Source: an uncultured Oscillospiraceae bacterium
GTDB taxonomy: Bacteria; Bacillota; Clostridia; Oscillospirales; Oscillospiraceae
Direction of reading: 5' to 3'
DNA: 64,000 nt
Assembly (NCBI GenBank): GCA_944385435.1
Contig: CALWXG010000002.1
Span: forward strand, 18,806 to 82,805
In this document: positions 43,427-54,595 of the stretch, one piece after another
Position numbering within the stretch: position 1 is the first letter of the stretch
Layout: each line of letters opens with the position of its first letter
The notes under the pieces: model-generated
Databases searched by the model: none
What the model saw: only the letters and a program-made list of their open reading frames with translations
What the model was told of the DNA's origin: nothing
Position numbers and translations under genes: made by a program

Positions 43427-44809
43427 ATGCAGTCGATTTTGCAGGAGTATATCGATACTTTGAAGGGAAAGCGTGTGGCCGTCATTGGAATCGGGATTTC
43501 CAACACGCCATTGATCGAGCGCCTGCTCCAGGGCGGCGTCCGGGTGCTGGCCTGCGACAAACGGGAGCGCAGCAGCTTCAACGGCCTCATTGAGGATCTG
43601 GAGCGCAGGGGATTGGAGGTCTGTCTGGGCCCGGATTATCTGGATCATCTGGACGGCGCGGATGTGATTTTCCGCACCCCCGGTCTGCGTCCCGATGTCC
43701 CGCAGATTGCCCAGGCTGTGTCCAGGGGGGCGCGGCTGACCTCGGAGATGGAGACCTTTCTGGAGCTGTGTCCCTGCCAGGTAATCGCGGTCACCGGCTC
43801 GGACGGCAAGACCACCACCACCACCATCATCGCCGGACTGCTCAAGGCGGAGGGGTACCGCACCTTTGTGGGCGGGAACATCGGACACCCTCTGCTGTGC
43901 GAGGTGGATGAGATCCGGCCGGATGACTATGTGGTTCTGGAGCTGTCTTCGTTTCAGCTGCTCACCATGCGCCAGAGTCCCAGCGTGGCGGTGGTGACCA
44001 ATGTGGCGCCCAACCACCTGGATGTCCACAAGGACATGGAGGAGTACGTGTCGGCCAAGCGGAATATTTTCCTCAATCAGGACGACAGGGATAAAGTGGT
44101 GCTCAATGCAGACAATGAGATCACGGCCCGGTTTGCGGAGCAGGCCAGGGGCAAGGTGACCCTGTTCAGCCGTAAAAAGTATCTGGAGCGGGGCGTGTGC
44201 GTGAAGGACGGCATGGTGCTCAACCACAGCCGTCCGGTGATGGCCGTATCCGATATCCGGATTCCCGGGGTGCACAACCTGGAGAATTATATGGCCGCCA
44301 TCGGGGCGGTGGACGGGCTGGTGTCCGATGAGACCATCCGGGAATTTGCCCGCACTTTCCAGGGCGTGGAGCACCGGATCGAACTGGTGCGGGAGCTGGA
44401 CGGCGTGCGGTGGTACAATGACTCCATCGCCTCCAGCCCCAGCCGGACCATAGCCGGACTGCGCTGTTTTGCGCAAAAGGTGATTCTCATTGCCGGCGGG
44501 TACGACAAGCACATCCCTTACGATGTCCTGGGCCCTGAAATTACGGCACATGTAAAGGATCTGATCCTCATAGGCGCCACCTCGGATAAAATCCAGGCGG
44601 CGGTGACTGCGGCCCCGGACTATGGTCCGGGCAGTCCGGAAATCTACCGCTGTTCCAATCTGAGGGAGGCGGTGCTTCAGGCCCGGGAGATTGCCCGCCC
44701 CGGCGACGTGGTGATTCTCTCGCCGGCCAGCGCATCCTTTGACCAGTTCAAGAATTTTGAGGAGCGGGGCAATGCCTTCAAGCAGTATGTCATGGAGTTG
44801 CAGCCATAG
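43427..44809 (+). CDS. murD: UDP-N-acetylmuramoylalanine--D-glutamate ligase
   Basis: GKRVAVIGIGISNTPL..., P-loop VTGSDGKTTTTTI, and a C-terminal Mur ligase domain. ATG 43427 after GGGAGG. Confidence 0.9.
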   Translation: MQSILQEYIDTLKGKRVAVIGIGISNTPLIERLLQGGVRVLACDKRERSSFNGLIEDLERRGLEVCLGPDYLDHLDGADVIFRTPGLRPDVPQIAQAVSRGARLTSEMETFLELCPCQVIAVTGSDGKTTTTTIIAGLLKAEGYRTFVGGNIGHPLLCEVDEIRPDDYVVLELSSFQLLTMRQSPSVAVVTNVAPNHLDVHKDMEEYVSAKRNIFLNQDDRDKVVLNADNEITARFAEQARGKVTLFSRKKYLERGVCVKDGMVLNHSRPVMAVSDIRIPGVHNLENYMAAIGAVDGLVSDETIREFARTFQGVEHRIELVRELDGVRWYNDSIASSPSRTIAGLRCFAQKVILIAGGYDKHIPYDVLGPEITAHVKDLILIGATSDKIQAAVTAAPDYGPGSPEIYRCSNLREAVLQAREIARPGDVVILSPASASFDQFKNFEERGNAFKQYVMELQP

Positions 44810-44819
44810 AAAGGTGTGA

Positions 44820-45863
44820 ATGGTTTTGGATAGTTGTGAAATGCTGGAGCGGCTGTGCACGGTGTGCGCGCCCTCCGGCTATGAGCGCCCTGCGGCGGAA
44901 GAGGCGAAGCGGATGCTGGAGCCCCTGGTGGACGAGGTGTGGACAGACCGCCTGGGCAACGTGATCGGCGTGCGCCGCTGCGGGAAGCCGGGGGCGAAGA
45001 AGCTTTTGCTGGACGCCCATCTGGATGAGATCGGCCTGGTGGTCACCGGGATCAAGGACGGGTTCCTGCGTTTCGGCACCATCGGAGGGGTGGATCCCCG
45101 GATGCTCCCGGACCGGGAGCTGACCATCCTCACCGATCCCCCCAGACTGGGTGTGGTGGCCTGTCTTCCGCCCCACGTGCTCTCTGAGGAGGACCGGGAG
45201 AAGGCGCCTCCCATCCAGGATTTTTATGTGGATACCGGCCTCAGCCAGGAACAGGCGCAGGCGCTGATCCCCATCGGAACGCCCATGGTGTTCCGCTCCT
45301 CTTTCCTGCGCCTGGGGGAGCGGCAGGTGTGCTGCAAGGCCCTGGATGACCGGTCCTGCTTTGTGGCTCTGCTGCGGGCGGCGCAGCTGCTCCAGGAGAA
45401 GGACCTGGACGTGGATCTCTATTTCATGGGCAGCGCACAGGAAGAGGTGAGCGCCGCCGGCGCGGTCACCGCGGTCCAGACGCTTCGCCCGGATTTCTGC
45501 GTGGCGGTGGATGTGACCCACGGCAAGACACCGGACAGCGCGAAGGGTCAGGCCTACGAGGTGGGCGGCGGCCCCGCCGTGGGCATCGGCCCCAACATGA
45601 CCCGGTGGATGACCAGGCGGCTGCTGGATCAGGCGGCCGCCCGGGAAATTCCGGTGCAGAAAGAGGTCATGGGCGGCAATTCAGGCACCAACGCGTGGAA
45701 GATGCAGATCTGCAACGAGGGAGTGGCCACCGCGGTGGTCTCCCTGCCCCTGAAGTATATGCACACCCCCGCAGAGGTGCTGCATCTGGACGATTTGGAG
45801 CAGACGGCAAGGCTGCTGGCCGCCTTTGCGGAGAGCCTGGGAGAGGAGGCCGGCGCACAATGA
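44820..45863 (+). CDS. M42 family metallopeptidase (glutamyl aminopeptidase/FrvX-like), paralogue 1
   Basis: LERLCTVCAPSGYERPAAEEAKRML...DRLGNVIG...LLLDAHLDEIGLVVTGIKDGFLRFGTIGGVDPR. Confidence 0.85.
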   Translation: MVLDSCEMLERLCTVCAPSGYERPAAEEAKRMLEPLVDEVWTDRLGNVIGVRRCGKPGAKKLLLDAHLDEIGLVVTGIKDGFLRFGTIGGVDPRMLPDRELTILTDPPRLGVVACLPPHVLSEEDREKAPPIQDFYVDTGLSQEQAQALIPIGTPMVFRSSFLRLGERQVCCKALDDRSCFVALLRAAQLLQEKDLDVDLYFMGSAQEEVSAAGAVTAVQTLRPDFCVAVDVTHGKTPDSAKGQAYEVGGGPAVGIGPNMTRWMTRRLLDQAAAREIPVQKEVMGGNSGTNAWKMQICNEGVATAVVSLPLKYMHTPAEVLHLDDLEQTARLLAAFAESLGEEAGAQ

Positions 45864-46885
45864 TTGAGACGGTGAAGAAACTCTGCGCCCTGTCCGGGGT
45901 ATCCTCCTTTGAGGATGAGGTGCGGGACTATATCCGGGACCGGGTATCGCCTTATGCCGATCAGGTGCGGGTGGATGCCATGGGCAACCTGATTGTGTTC
46001 AAGAAGGGCGCCAAAGCCACCGGAAACAAGCTGATGCTGTGCGCCCACATGGACGAGGTGGGCCTCATTGTCCGGGAGATCACCGACGAGGGGTATCTGA
46101 AGTTCTCCTGCGTGGGCGGCATCGACCGCCGGGTTCTGCTGGGAAAGCAGGTGCTGATCGGCGCCAACCGGGTGCCCGGCATCCTGGGCCTGAAGGCCAT
46201 TCACATGACCACGCCGGAGGAGCGCAAGAAGGTGCCGCCCCTGACCGACTACTATATCGACATCGGCGCCGGGGACAGGCAGAGCGCGGAACATCTGGTG
46301 GAGCTGGGGGACTGCTGTGTCTTTGCCGGCGACGTGGTGCAGTTCGGCGACGGGATGCTGAAGGCCAAGGCCATCGATGACCGGGTGGGCTGCGCCGTGC
46401 TGGTGAAGCTTCTGGAGGAGGAGCTGCCCATGGACTGCACCTTTGTCTTTACGGTACAGGAAGAGGTGGGGACCCGGGGCGCCTTCGGCGCGGCCTTCTC
46501 CGTGACGCCGGAAATCGCCCTGGTGCTGGAGGGTACCACCGCCGCGGACAATCCGGCCCTGGACGAGCACACCCAGGTGTGCTGGCCGGGAAGAGGACCT
46601 GTGATCTCCTGGATGGACGGCAGCGCCATCTACGACCGGGCGCTGTTTGAGCTGCTGCGGGATCTGGCCCGGGAGCACAACGTGCCCTGGCAGATGAAGC
46701 ACTATCTGTCCGGCGGCACCGACGCCGGCGCCATCCAGCGCACCAAGACCGGCGTGCGGGTGACGGGCATCTCCGCCGCCGTCCGGTATCTCCACGCGCC
46801 CAGCAGCGTGGCCAGCATCTCTGATATGGAACACATGCTCACCCTGGCCCGCCTCTTTGTGGCGGCCATGGCCGAGCGCAGCTGA
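45860..46885 (+). CDS. M42 family metallopeptidase, paralogue 2
   Basis: VKKLCALSGVSSFEDEVRDYI...DAMGNLIV...LMLCAHMDEVGLIVREITDEGYLKFSCVGGIDRR. ATGA overlap with paralogue 1. Confidence 0.85.
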   Translation: MIETVKKLCALSGVSSFEDEVRDYIRDRVSPYADQVRVDAMGNLIVFKKGAKATGNKLMLCAHMDEVGLIVREITDEGYLKFSCVGGIDRRVLLGKQVLIGANRVPGILGLKAIHMTTPEERKKVPPLTDYYIDIGAGDRQSAEHLVELGDCCVFAGDVVQFGDGMLKAKAIDDRVGCAVLVKLLEEELPMDCTFVFTVQEEVGTRGAFGAAFSVTPEIALVLEGTTAADNPALDEHTQVCWPGRGPVISWMDGSAIYDRALFELLRDLAREHNVPWQMKHYLSGGTDAGAIQRTKTGVRVTGISAAVRYLHAPSSVASISDMEHMLTLARLFVAAMAERS

Positions 46886-46900
46886 CAGGAGGTCATGAAC

Positions 46901-47905
46901 ATGGATATGATGGAACTTCTCACACGGCTCACCGCCGTGTACGGCCCCTCCGGCGGGGAGGACGAGGCGGCCAAGCTCATAGAGGAGCTGGCCGCCCCCT
47001 ACTGCGACAAGATCAAACGGGATACCATGGGCAATCTCATCTGCCGAAAAAAGGGCAAGGGCCCGAAGGTGATGTTCTCCGCCCATATGGACTCCATCGG
47101 CCTGGTGGCCACCCACGTGGACGAGCACGGTTTTGTCCGGGTGGGCGCGGTGGGCGGCATCTCCCCGCTGAAGGTGCTCCACACCCCGGTGCGCTTCCGG
47201 AACGGACAGGCCGGCGTGGTGGGCGTTCAGGCCGGTACGGACCTGGCCAAGGTGAAGATTTCCGACCTGTTCCTGGACATCGGCGCCGCGGACCGGGAGG
47301 AGGCCCTGCAGCGGGTCCAGATCGGGGATGTGGCGGTCTTTGACACCCGCCTGGCCCGGATGGGCAACCGGGTCAGCGGCCCCTATCTGGACAACCGCGC
47401 CTCCTGCGCGGTGCAGCTCATGGCCATGTCCATGATCCGGAAGTGGGACAACGACCTGTATTTTGTCTTCTCCGTCCAGGAGGAGGTGGGCACCAGAGGG
47501 GCCAAAACTGCCGCCTGGGGCATTGATCCGGACTACGGCGTGGCCCTGGACGTGACCCCCGCGGACGATGAGCCGGAGTCCAAGCACCTGGTGAGCAGCG
47601 TGCTGGGCGGCGGCGCCGCGGTGAAGGTGATGGACGGCTCCGTGATCTGCCACCCCTGGATGGTGGAGAAGCTGATGGCACTGGCCGGAGAGCAGGGGAT
47701 CAAGGCCCAGCGGGATGTGATCCGCGCCGGCGGCACCGACGGCGGCCCCATTCATCTCACCCGGTCCGGCGTGCCCACCGGCGGCATCTCCATCCCCTGG
47801 CGCTACGGCCACAGCCCCATGGAACTGGCGGATCTGGAGGACATGCGCGCCTGCGCGGAGCTGGTCCGCGCTTTTGCAGAATGTAGGTTAGAGAAAGAGT
47901 GTTAA
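46901..47905 (+). CDS. M42 family metallopeptidase, paralogue 3
   Basis: LLTRLTAVYGPSGGEDEAAKLI...DTMGNLIC...VMFSAHMDSIGLVATHVDEHGFVRVGAVGGISP. The ATG at 46901 lies 8 nt after AGGAGG. Confidence 0.85.
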   Translation: MDMMELLTRLTAVYGPSGGEDEAAKLIEELAAPYCDKIKRDTMGNLICRKKGKGPKVMFSAHMDSIGLVATHVDEHGFVRVGAVGGISPLKVLHTPVRFRNGQAGVVGVQAGTDLAKVKISDLFLDIGAADREEALQRVQIGDVAVFDTRLARMGNRVSGPYLDNRASCAVQLMAMSMIRKWDNDLYFVFSVQEEVGTRGAKTAAWGIDPDYGVALDVTPADDEPESKHLVSSVLGGGAAVKVMDGSVICHPWMVEKLMALAGEQGIKAQRDVIRAGGTDGGPIHLTRSGVPTGGISIPWRYGHSPMELADLEDMRACAELVRAFAECRLEKEC

Positions 47906-47910
47906 GTATT

Positions 47911-49161
47911 ATGCCTTTGCAGTTTTCAGAACGAGTCCGCTCCCTGGCCGCCCAGGCGGAGGAGGGACTGAGAGAGCAGTTTGAACGGATTGACTCTATC
48001 GCCCAGTACAATACCCAGCGGGTACTGGCCGCCTTCCGGGACCACCGGGTGGCGGAGGGCTATTTTGCCGGGACTACCGGATACGGGTACGACGACCTGG
48101 GCCGGGATCAGCTGGATCTGATCTACGCCCAGCTGTTCGGCACCGAGGATGCCCTGGTGCGCATCGGATTTGTCAACGGCACCCACGCCATTTCCGCCGC
48201 ACTGTATGGCGCGCTGCTGCCGGGGGACGTGCTGCTGTCCGCCGTGGGCGCGCCCTACGACACCCTGCTGGGTGTGATCGGCGTGACGGACAAGGGACGG
48301 GGATCCCTGAAGGACTATGGGATTGAGTACCGCCAGGTGGAGCTCACGGCGGAGGATACCCCGGACCTGGCCGGCCTGGAGCGAGCCGCCGCGGACCCCA
48401 GGGTGAAGGTTGTGCTGATCCAGCGCTCCAAGGGCTATTCCACCCGCGCCAGCCTGAGTGTGGAGGAGATCGGCGAGATGTGTTCCATTGTCCGCCGGGT
48501 CAATCCCGGGGCCGCCATTCTGGTGGACAACTGCTACGGGGAGTTTGTGGAGGAAAGGGAACCCACCCATGTGGGTGCGGACCTGGTGGTGGGCTCCCTC
48601 ATCAAGAATCCCGGCGGCGGCCTGGCTCCCACCGGGGCCTATCTGGCCGGCCGGCACGACCTCATCGAAGGGGCCGCCATGCGTCTGACCTGTCCCGGCA
48701 TCGGCCGGGAGTGCGGCTCCACCCTGGGCAACAACCGCCTGCTGTACCAGGGCCTGTTCCTGGCCCCCCACACCGTGGCGCAGGCGCTGAAGACCGCCGT
48801 CTTCGGCGCCCGGGTCATGGAGCTGCTGGGCTATGAGACGGAACCCGGATCGGATCAGGTCCGCCATGACATTATTCAGATGATCCATCTGGGCGACCCG
48901 GAAAAGGTCAAGCGGTTCTGCAAGGGGATCCAGTCCGGCGCGCCGGTGGACTCCTATGTGACCCCGGAGCCCTGGGACATGCCCGGCTACGACTGCCAGG
49001 TCATCATGGCGGCGGGGGCCTTCATCCAGGGCGCGTCCATTGAGCTGTCCGCCGACGCCCCCATGCGTGAGCCCTATACCGTCTATCTCCAGGGCGGGCT
49101 GACCTACGAGTCGGGGAAAGCGGGCATTCTGCTGGCGGTGGAGGAACTGCTGGGCGAATAG
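47911..49161 (+). CDS. methionine gamma-lyase family / aluminium-resistance (YnbB-like) PLP protein
   Basis: IAQYNTQRVLAAFRDHRVAEGYFAGTTGYGYDDLGRDQLDLIYAQLFGTEDALVR...GTHAI... is characteristic of the YnbB family. Confidence 0.75.
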   Translation: MPLQFSERVRSLAAQAEEGLREQFERIDSIAQYNTQRVLAAFRDHRVAEGYFAGTTGYGYDDLGRDQLDLIYAQLFGTEDALVRIGFVNGTHAISAALYGALLPGDVLLSAVGAPYDTLLGVIGVTDKGRGSLKDYGIEYRQVELTAEDTPDLAGLERAAADPRVKVVLIQRSKGYSTRASLSVEEIGEMCSIVRRVNPGAAILVDNCYGEFVEEREPTHVGADLVVGSLIKNPGGGLAPTGAYLAGRHDLIEGAAMRLTCPGIGRECGSTLGNNRLLYQGLFLAPHTVAQALKTAVFGARVMELLGYETEPGSDQVRHDIIQMIHLGDPEKVKRFCKGIQSGAPVDSYVTPEPWDMPGYDCQVIMAAGAFIQGASIELSADAPMREPYTVYLQGGLTYESGKAGILLAVEELLGE

Positions 49162-49204
49162 TCCAAGCTGACCGGTGCATACAGTTTCCCTGTGAGGTGA
49201 TGGT

Positions 49205-49897
49205 ATGCCCGTGGGCTGTTTCCGCCGAAAAAGGCTGCGGATGCGGGGAACTGGGAGAAGACTGCCCGGTTGGCTGCCCTCTTTGCTGGTGAGCGCCGGA
49301 CTGATCCTCCTCTTCTTTCTTCTGCTTTCCCGCCAGCTGCGTCCGCTCATCCGCACCATGGCGGTGAGCAAGGCCACCAACCTGGTGTCGGAGGTCTCCG
49401 CCGCGGCGGTGGACGACACCCTGGCCCAGCTGGGGGCGGACTACGCCAGCTTTGTCACCGTCACCACCGACGGGGAGGGGAGCGTGAGCTCGCTCACCGG
49501 AAATACCCGGGCCAATGCCCGGTTCCAGCGTCTGGTGGTGGAGCGGGTGGTCAACCGGCTGGAGCACATTGATCCGGATGAGCTGAGCATTCCCCTGGGT
49601 ACGCTGTCCGGCTGGCTGTTTTTATCCGGCCTGGGTCCCGAGATCCGGGTCAGCCTTCAGACGGTGGGAGACGTGACTGCCTCCTTCCGCAGTTCGTTTT
49701 CCTCCGCGGGGGTCAATCAGACCCTGCATAAAATTGATCTGACTCTGGCTGTGTCCGTCTATCTGGTGATTCCCGGGGAACTTGTCCAGGTCACCGTGGA
49801 ACAGGCTGTCCCGGTGGCGGAGACGGTCATTGTGGGAGAGGTGCCGGATACCTACGTCCAGATGCTCCCGCAAGGCGACGGGCTGCAGACAGAGTAA
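49205..49897 (+). CDS. yunB: sporulation protein YunB
   Basis: N-terminal TM helix, then ...AVSKATNLVSEVSAAAVDDTL...GTLSGWLFLSGLGPEIRVSLQTVGDVTASFRSSFSSAGVNQTLHKIDLTLAVSVYLVIP, which is YunB-like. Confidence 0.75.
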   Translation: MPVGCFRRKRLRMRGTGRRLPGWLPSLLVSAGLILLFFLLLSRQLRPLIRTMAVSKATNLVSEVSAAAVDDTLAQLGADYASFVTVTTDGEGSVSSLTGNTRANARFQRLVVERVVNRLEHIDPDELSIPLGTLSGWLFLSGLGPEIRVSLQTVGDVTASFRSSFSSAGVNQTLHKIDLTLAVSVYLVIPGELVQVTVEQAVPVAETVIVGEVPDTYVQMLPQGDGLQTE

Positions 49898-49905
49898 CTA
49901 CGTGA

Positions 49906-51981
<2,076 letters not shown>

Positions 51982-51987
51982 TATCAG

Positions 51988-53160
51988 ATGAGAATTCAAA
52001 GTGCAAAGCGGATGGAGAGTTTCCAGCCCGGTATTTTCAACGTGCTGGACGAGCGGAAGAAGGAGCGGCAGGCCCAGGGGAAGCAGGTGTACAACCTGTC
52101 CATCGGCACGCCAGATTTTCTCCCGGAACCCCACGTGGTGGAGGCGCTGGCCCGGGCCGCGTCGGATCCCAAAAACTATCGTTATTCCCTGGGCGAGACG
52201 CCGGAGCTGGTGTGCGCGGTACAGCGCTGGTATGAGCGCCGCTACGGTGTGGCTCTGGAGCCGGACGAGCTGACGGCCAGTTACGGCTCCCAGGAGGGCC
52301 TGACCCACATCGGCTGGGCGCTGTGCGACCCGGGGGATGTGGTGCTGGTGCCCAATCCCGGCTATCCGATTTTTGAAATCGGGCCCTATCTGTGCGGGGC
52401 CCGCTGCGTGGGCTATGAGCTGCGGGAGGAGAACGGATTCCTGCCGGATCTGGAGCACTTCGATCCGGAGCTGGCCCGGCAGGCAAAATTCATGGTGGTG
52501 TCCTATCCCGCCAATCCCCTGTGCGTCACCGCACCGGACAGCTTCTATGAGCGGCTCATCGCCTTTGCCAGACAGTATGAGATTATCCTCATCCACGACA
52601 ACGCCTACTCCGAGATCCTCTACGACGGCAGGGTGGGCAAGTCCTTCCTGTCCTATCCCGGGGCAAAAGAGGTGGGGGTGGAGTTCAACTCCCTGTCCAA
52701 GACCTACAACCTCACCGGGGCCCGGATCTCCTTTGTGCTGGGCAACCGGGAGATTGTGGGCTGCTTCCGTCGCCTGCGCTCCCAGATCGATTACGGCATC
52801 TTCCTGCCGGTGCAGGCCGCCGCGGTGGCGGCCCTCAACGGCCCTCAGGACGGGGTGGAGCGCCAGCGTCTGGCGTACCAGGCCCGGCGGGATGCCCTGT
52901 GCGGCGGACTGCGCTCCATTGGCTGGAACGTGCCGGACAGCCAGGGCAGTATGTTCGCCTGGGGGCCGCTGCCCGCCGGATATGAGAACAGTGTGGCATT
53001 CTGCTATGAGCTGCTGGACCGCACCGGGCTGCTGTGTACGCCGGGCTCCGCCTTCGGCTCTCTGGGCGAGGGATATGTACGGTTCGCCCTGGTCCAGCCG
53101 GTGCCGGTGATGAAGGAGATTGTCGCCGCAGTGGCGGACAGCGGCATGGTCAGGGGCTGA
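51988..53160 (+). CDS. class I/II PLP-dependent aminotransferase
   Basis: NLSIGTPDF..., VPNPGYP, YPANPL, NSLSKTYNLTGARISF (the PLP lysine). Confidence 0.85.
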   Translation: MRIQSAKRMESFQPGIFNVLDERKKERQAQGKQVYNLSIGTPDFLPEPHVVEALARAASDPKNYRYSLGETPELVCAVQRWYERRYGVALEPDELTASYGSQEGLTHIGWALCDPGDVVLVPNPGYPIFEIGPYLCGARCVGYELREENGFLPDLEHFDPELARQAKFMVVSYPANPLCVTAPDSFYERLIAFARQYEIILIHDNAYSEILYDGRVGKSFLSYPGAKEVGVEFNSLSKTYNLTGARISFVLGNREIVGCFRRLRSQIDYGIFLPVQAAAVAALNGPQDGVERQRLAYQARRDALCGGLRSIGWNVPDSQGSMFAWGPLPAGYENSVAFCYELLDRTGLLCTPGSAFGSLGEGYVRFALVQPVPVMKEIVAAVADSGMVRG

Positions 53161-53179
53161 GAGGAGGCGCGTTGAGAAC

Positions 53180-54049
53180 ATGATCCGGAAACGTGTGCCG
53201 GCCGCCGTTCTGACGCTGCTGGCTTTGCTTCTGGCGCTGCTGTGCGGCTGCAGCCAGCGGCTGCCGGTCCCGTCCCCCAGCGTGGAGCTGGATTCCATTC
53301 CGGACTATTCCGGAGAGCCCTACGTGATCCTGGCGGACAACCAGCCGGACTTCACGCTGGACGACTTCACCACCCAGTCCTTTGAGCTGTACAGTGACCT
53401 GGACCGGCTGGGCCGATGCGGCCCGGCCTACGCCAATGTGGGCCTGGAGACCATGCCCACCGAGGACCGGGAGTCCATCAGCGAGGTGGAGCCCACCGGG
53501 TGGGTGAATCAGCAGTACGAGTTCGTGGACGGCGGGTATCTGTACAACCGCTGCCATCTCATCGGGTTCCAGCTCACCGGAGAAAACGCCAATGAGCGCA
53601 ATCTGATCACCGGGACCCGATACATGAATGTGGACGGAATGCTGCCCTTTGAGAACATGGTGGCGGACTATGTCAGCGAGACGGGAAACCATGTGCTCTA
53701 CCGGGTGACGCCGGTCTTTGAGGGCACCAACCTGCTGGCCAGCGGCGTGCAGATGGAGGCCATCTCCGTGGAGGACGAAGGGGAGGGCGTGTGTTTCAAC
53801 GTCTATGTGTACAACGTCCAGCCCGGTGTGAAGATCGACTACGCCACCGGGGAAAACGAGGCGGATCTCTCCGCCTTTGAGGAGGGCGAGGTCCATCACT
53901 ACGTATTGAATACCAACAGCCACCGGTTCCATCTGCCGGACTGCTCCAGCGTGGCAGATATGAAGCCGGAAAACCGGCAGGACTACGAGGGAACCCGGGA
54001 ACTGCTCATCGCCCAGGGTTATCAGCCCTGCGGAAGCTGCAATCCATAA
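53180..54049 (+). CDS. secreted/lipoprotein DNA/RNA non-specific endonuclease with C-terminal Cys/His metal-binding tail
   Basis: Lipobox LLCGC. Nuclease core ...GGYLYNRCHLIGFQLTGENANERNLITGTRYMNVDGMLPFEN... C-terminal HRFHLPDCSSV...CGSC. Confidence 0.75.
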   Translation: MIRKRVPAAVLTLLALLLALLCGCSQRLPVPSPSVELDSIPDYSGEPYVILADNQPDFTLDDFTTQSFELYSDLDRLGRCGPAYANVGLETMPTEDRESISEVEPTGWVNQQYEFVDGGYLYNRCHLIGFQLTGENANERNLITGTRYMNVDGMLPFENMVADYVSETGNHVLYRVTPVFEGTNLLASGVQMEAISVEDEGEGVCFNVYVYNVQPGVKIDYATGENEADLSAFEEGEVHHYVLNTNSHRFHLPDCSSVADMKPENRQDYEGTRELLIAQGYQPCGSCNP

Positions 54050-54057
54050 AACTGCGG

Positions 54058-54094
54058 TCCGGGCCCGCCATCCATCGGATGACAGGCCCGGACT
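54058..54094. terminator. bidirectional terminator hairpin
   Basis: GTCCGGGCC cgccatccatcggatgaca GGCCCGGAC followed by tgtgTTTa. It lies between the nuclease (+) and the catalase remnant (-). Confidence 0.5.
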
Positions 54095-54098
54095 GTGT

Positions 54099-54512
54099 TT
54101 ACCGGTCGAAGGCGGGATTCATATAGTAGACGTTTTTCTGATTCATGCGCTCTTTGGCCAGCTCAATGGCCTCGCCGAAGCGCTGGAAGTGTACGATCTC
54201 CCGCTCCCGCAGGAAGCGGATGACGTCGTTGACGTCCGGGTCGTCGGACAGGCGCAGGATATTGTCGTAGGTGACCCGGGCCTTCTGTTCGGCGGCCAGG
54301 TCCTCCGTGAGATCGCAGATGACGTCGCCCTTCACCGCCATGGACGCGGCGTTGTAGGGCCAGCCGGAGGCGGCGGCGGGGTAGACGCCGGCGGTGTGAT
54401 CCACAAAATAGGTGTCGAACCCCGCTGTCTTGATCTGCTCATCGCTGAGCTTCCGGGTGAGCTGGTGCACAATGGCGCCGATCATCTCCAGGTGGCCCAG
54501 TTCCTCGGTACC
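54099..54512 (-). pseudogene. 5'-truncated manganese catalase / CotJC-like gene remnant
   Basis: GTEELGHLEMIGAIVHQLT...VKGDVICDLTEDLAAEQKARVTYDNILRLSDDPDVNDVIRFLREREIVHFQRFGEAIE aligns with the CotJC region from ...GTEEFAHLEMI... to the C-terminus. About 65 N-terminal residues, including the first metal-ligand helix, are absent. The frame upstream gives unrelated RGQGQKVRFGSPA and then a stop. The internal ATG has no usable SD, and no cotJA/cotJB lies upstream. Confidence 0.65.
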
Positions 54513-54595
54513 TGCCGGGGAGCCAAAGCGGACCTTTTGGCCCTGCCCGCGGGGCCGTTTCCCGAAACTCTTTTTTGAAAGGCGGCGATGCCGCA

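Noticed and set aside
45629-47812. 727-aa ORF on the minus strand.
   Set aside because: It is antisense to two well-supported M42 peptidase genes. Its composition is dominated by G/A/H/P/R/V, there are no motifs, and there is no SD. This is a typical stop-free shadow frame in GC-rich DNA.
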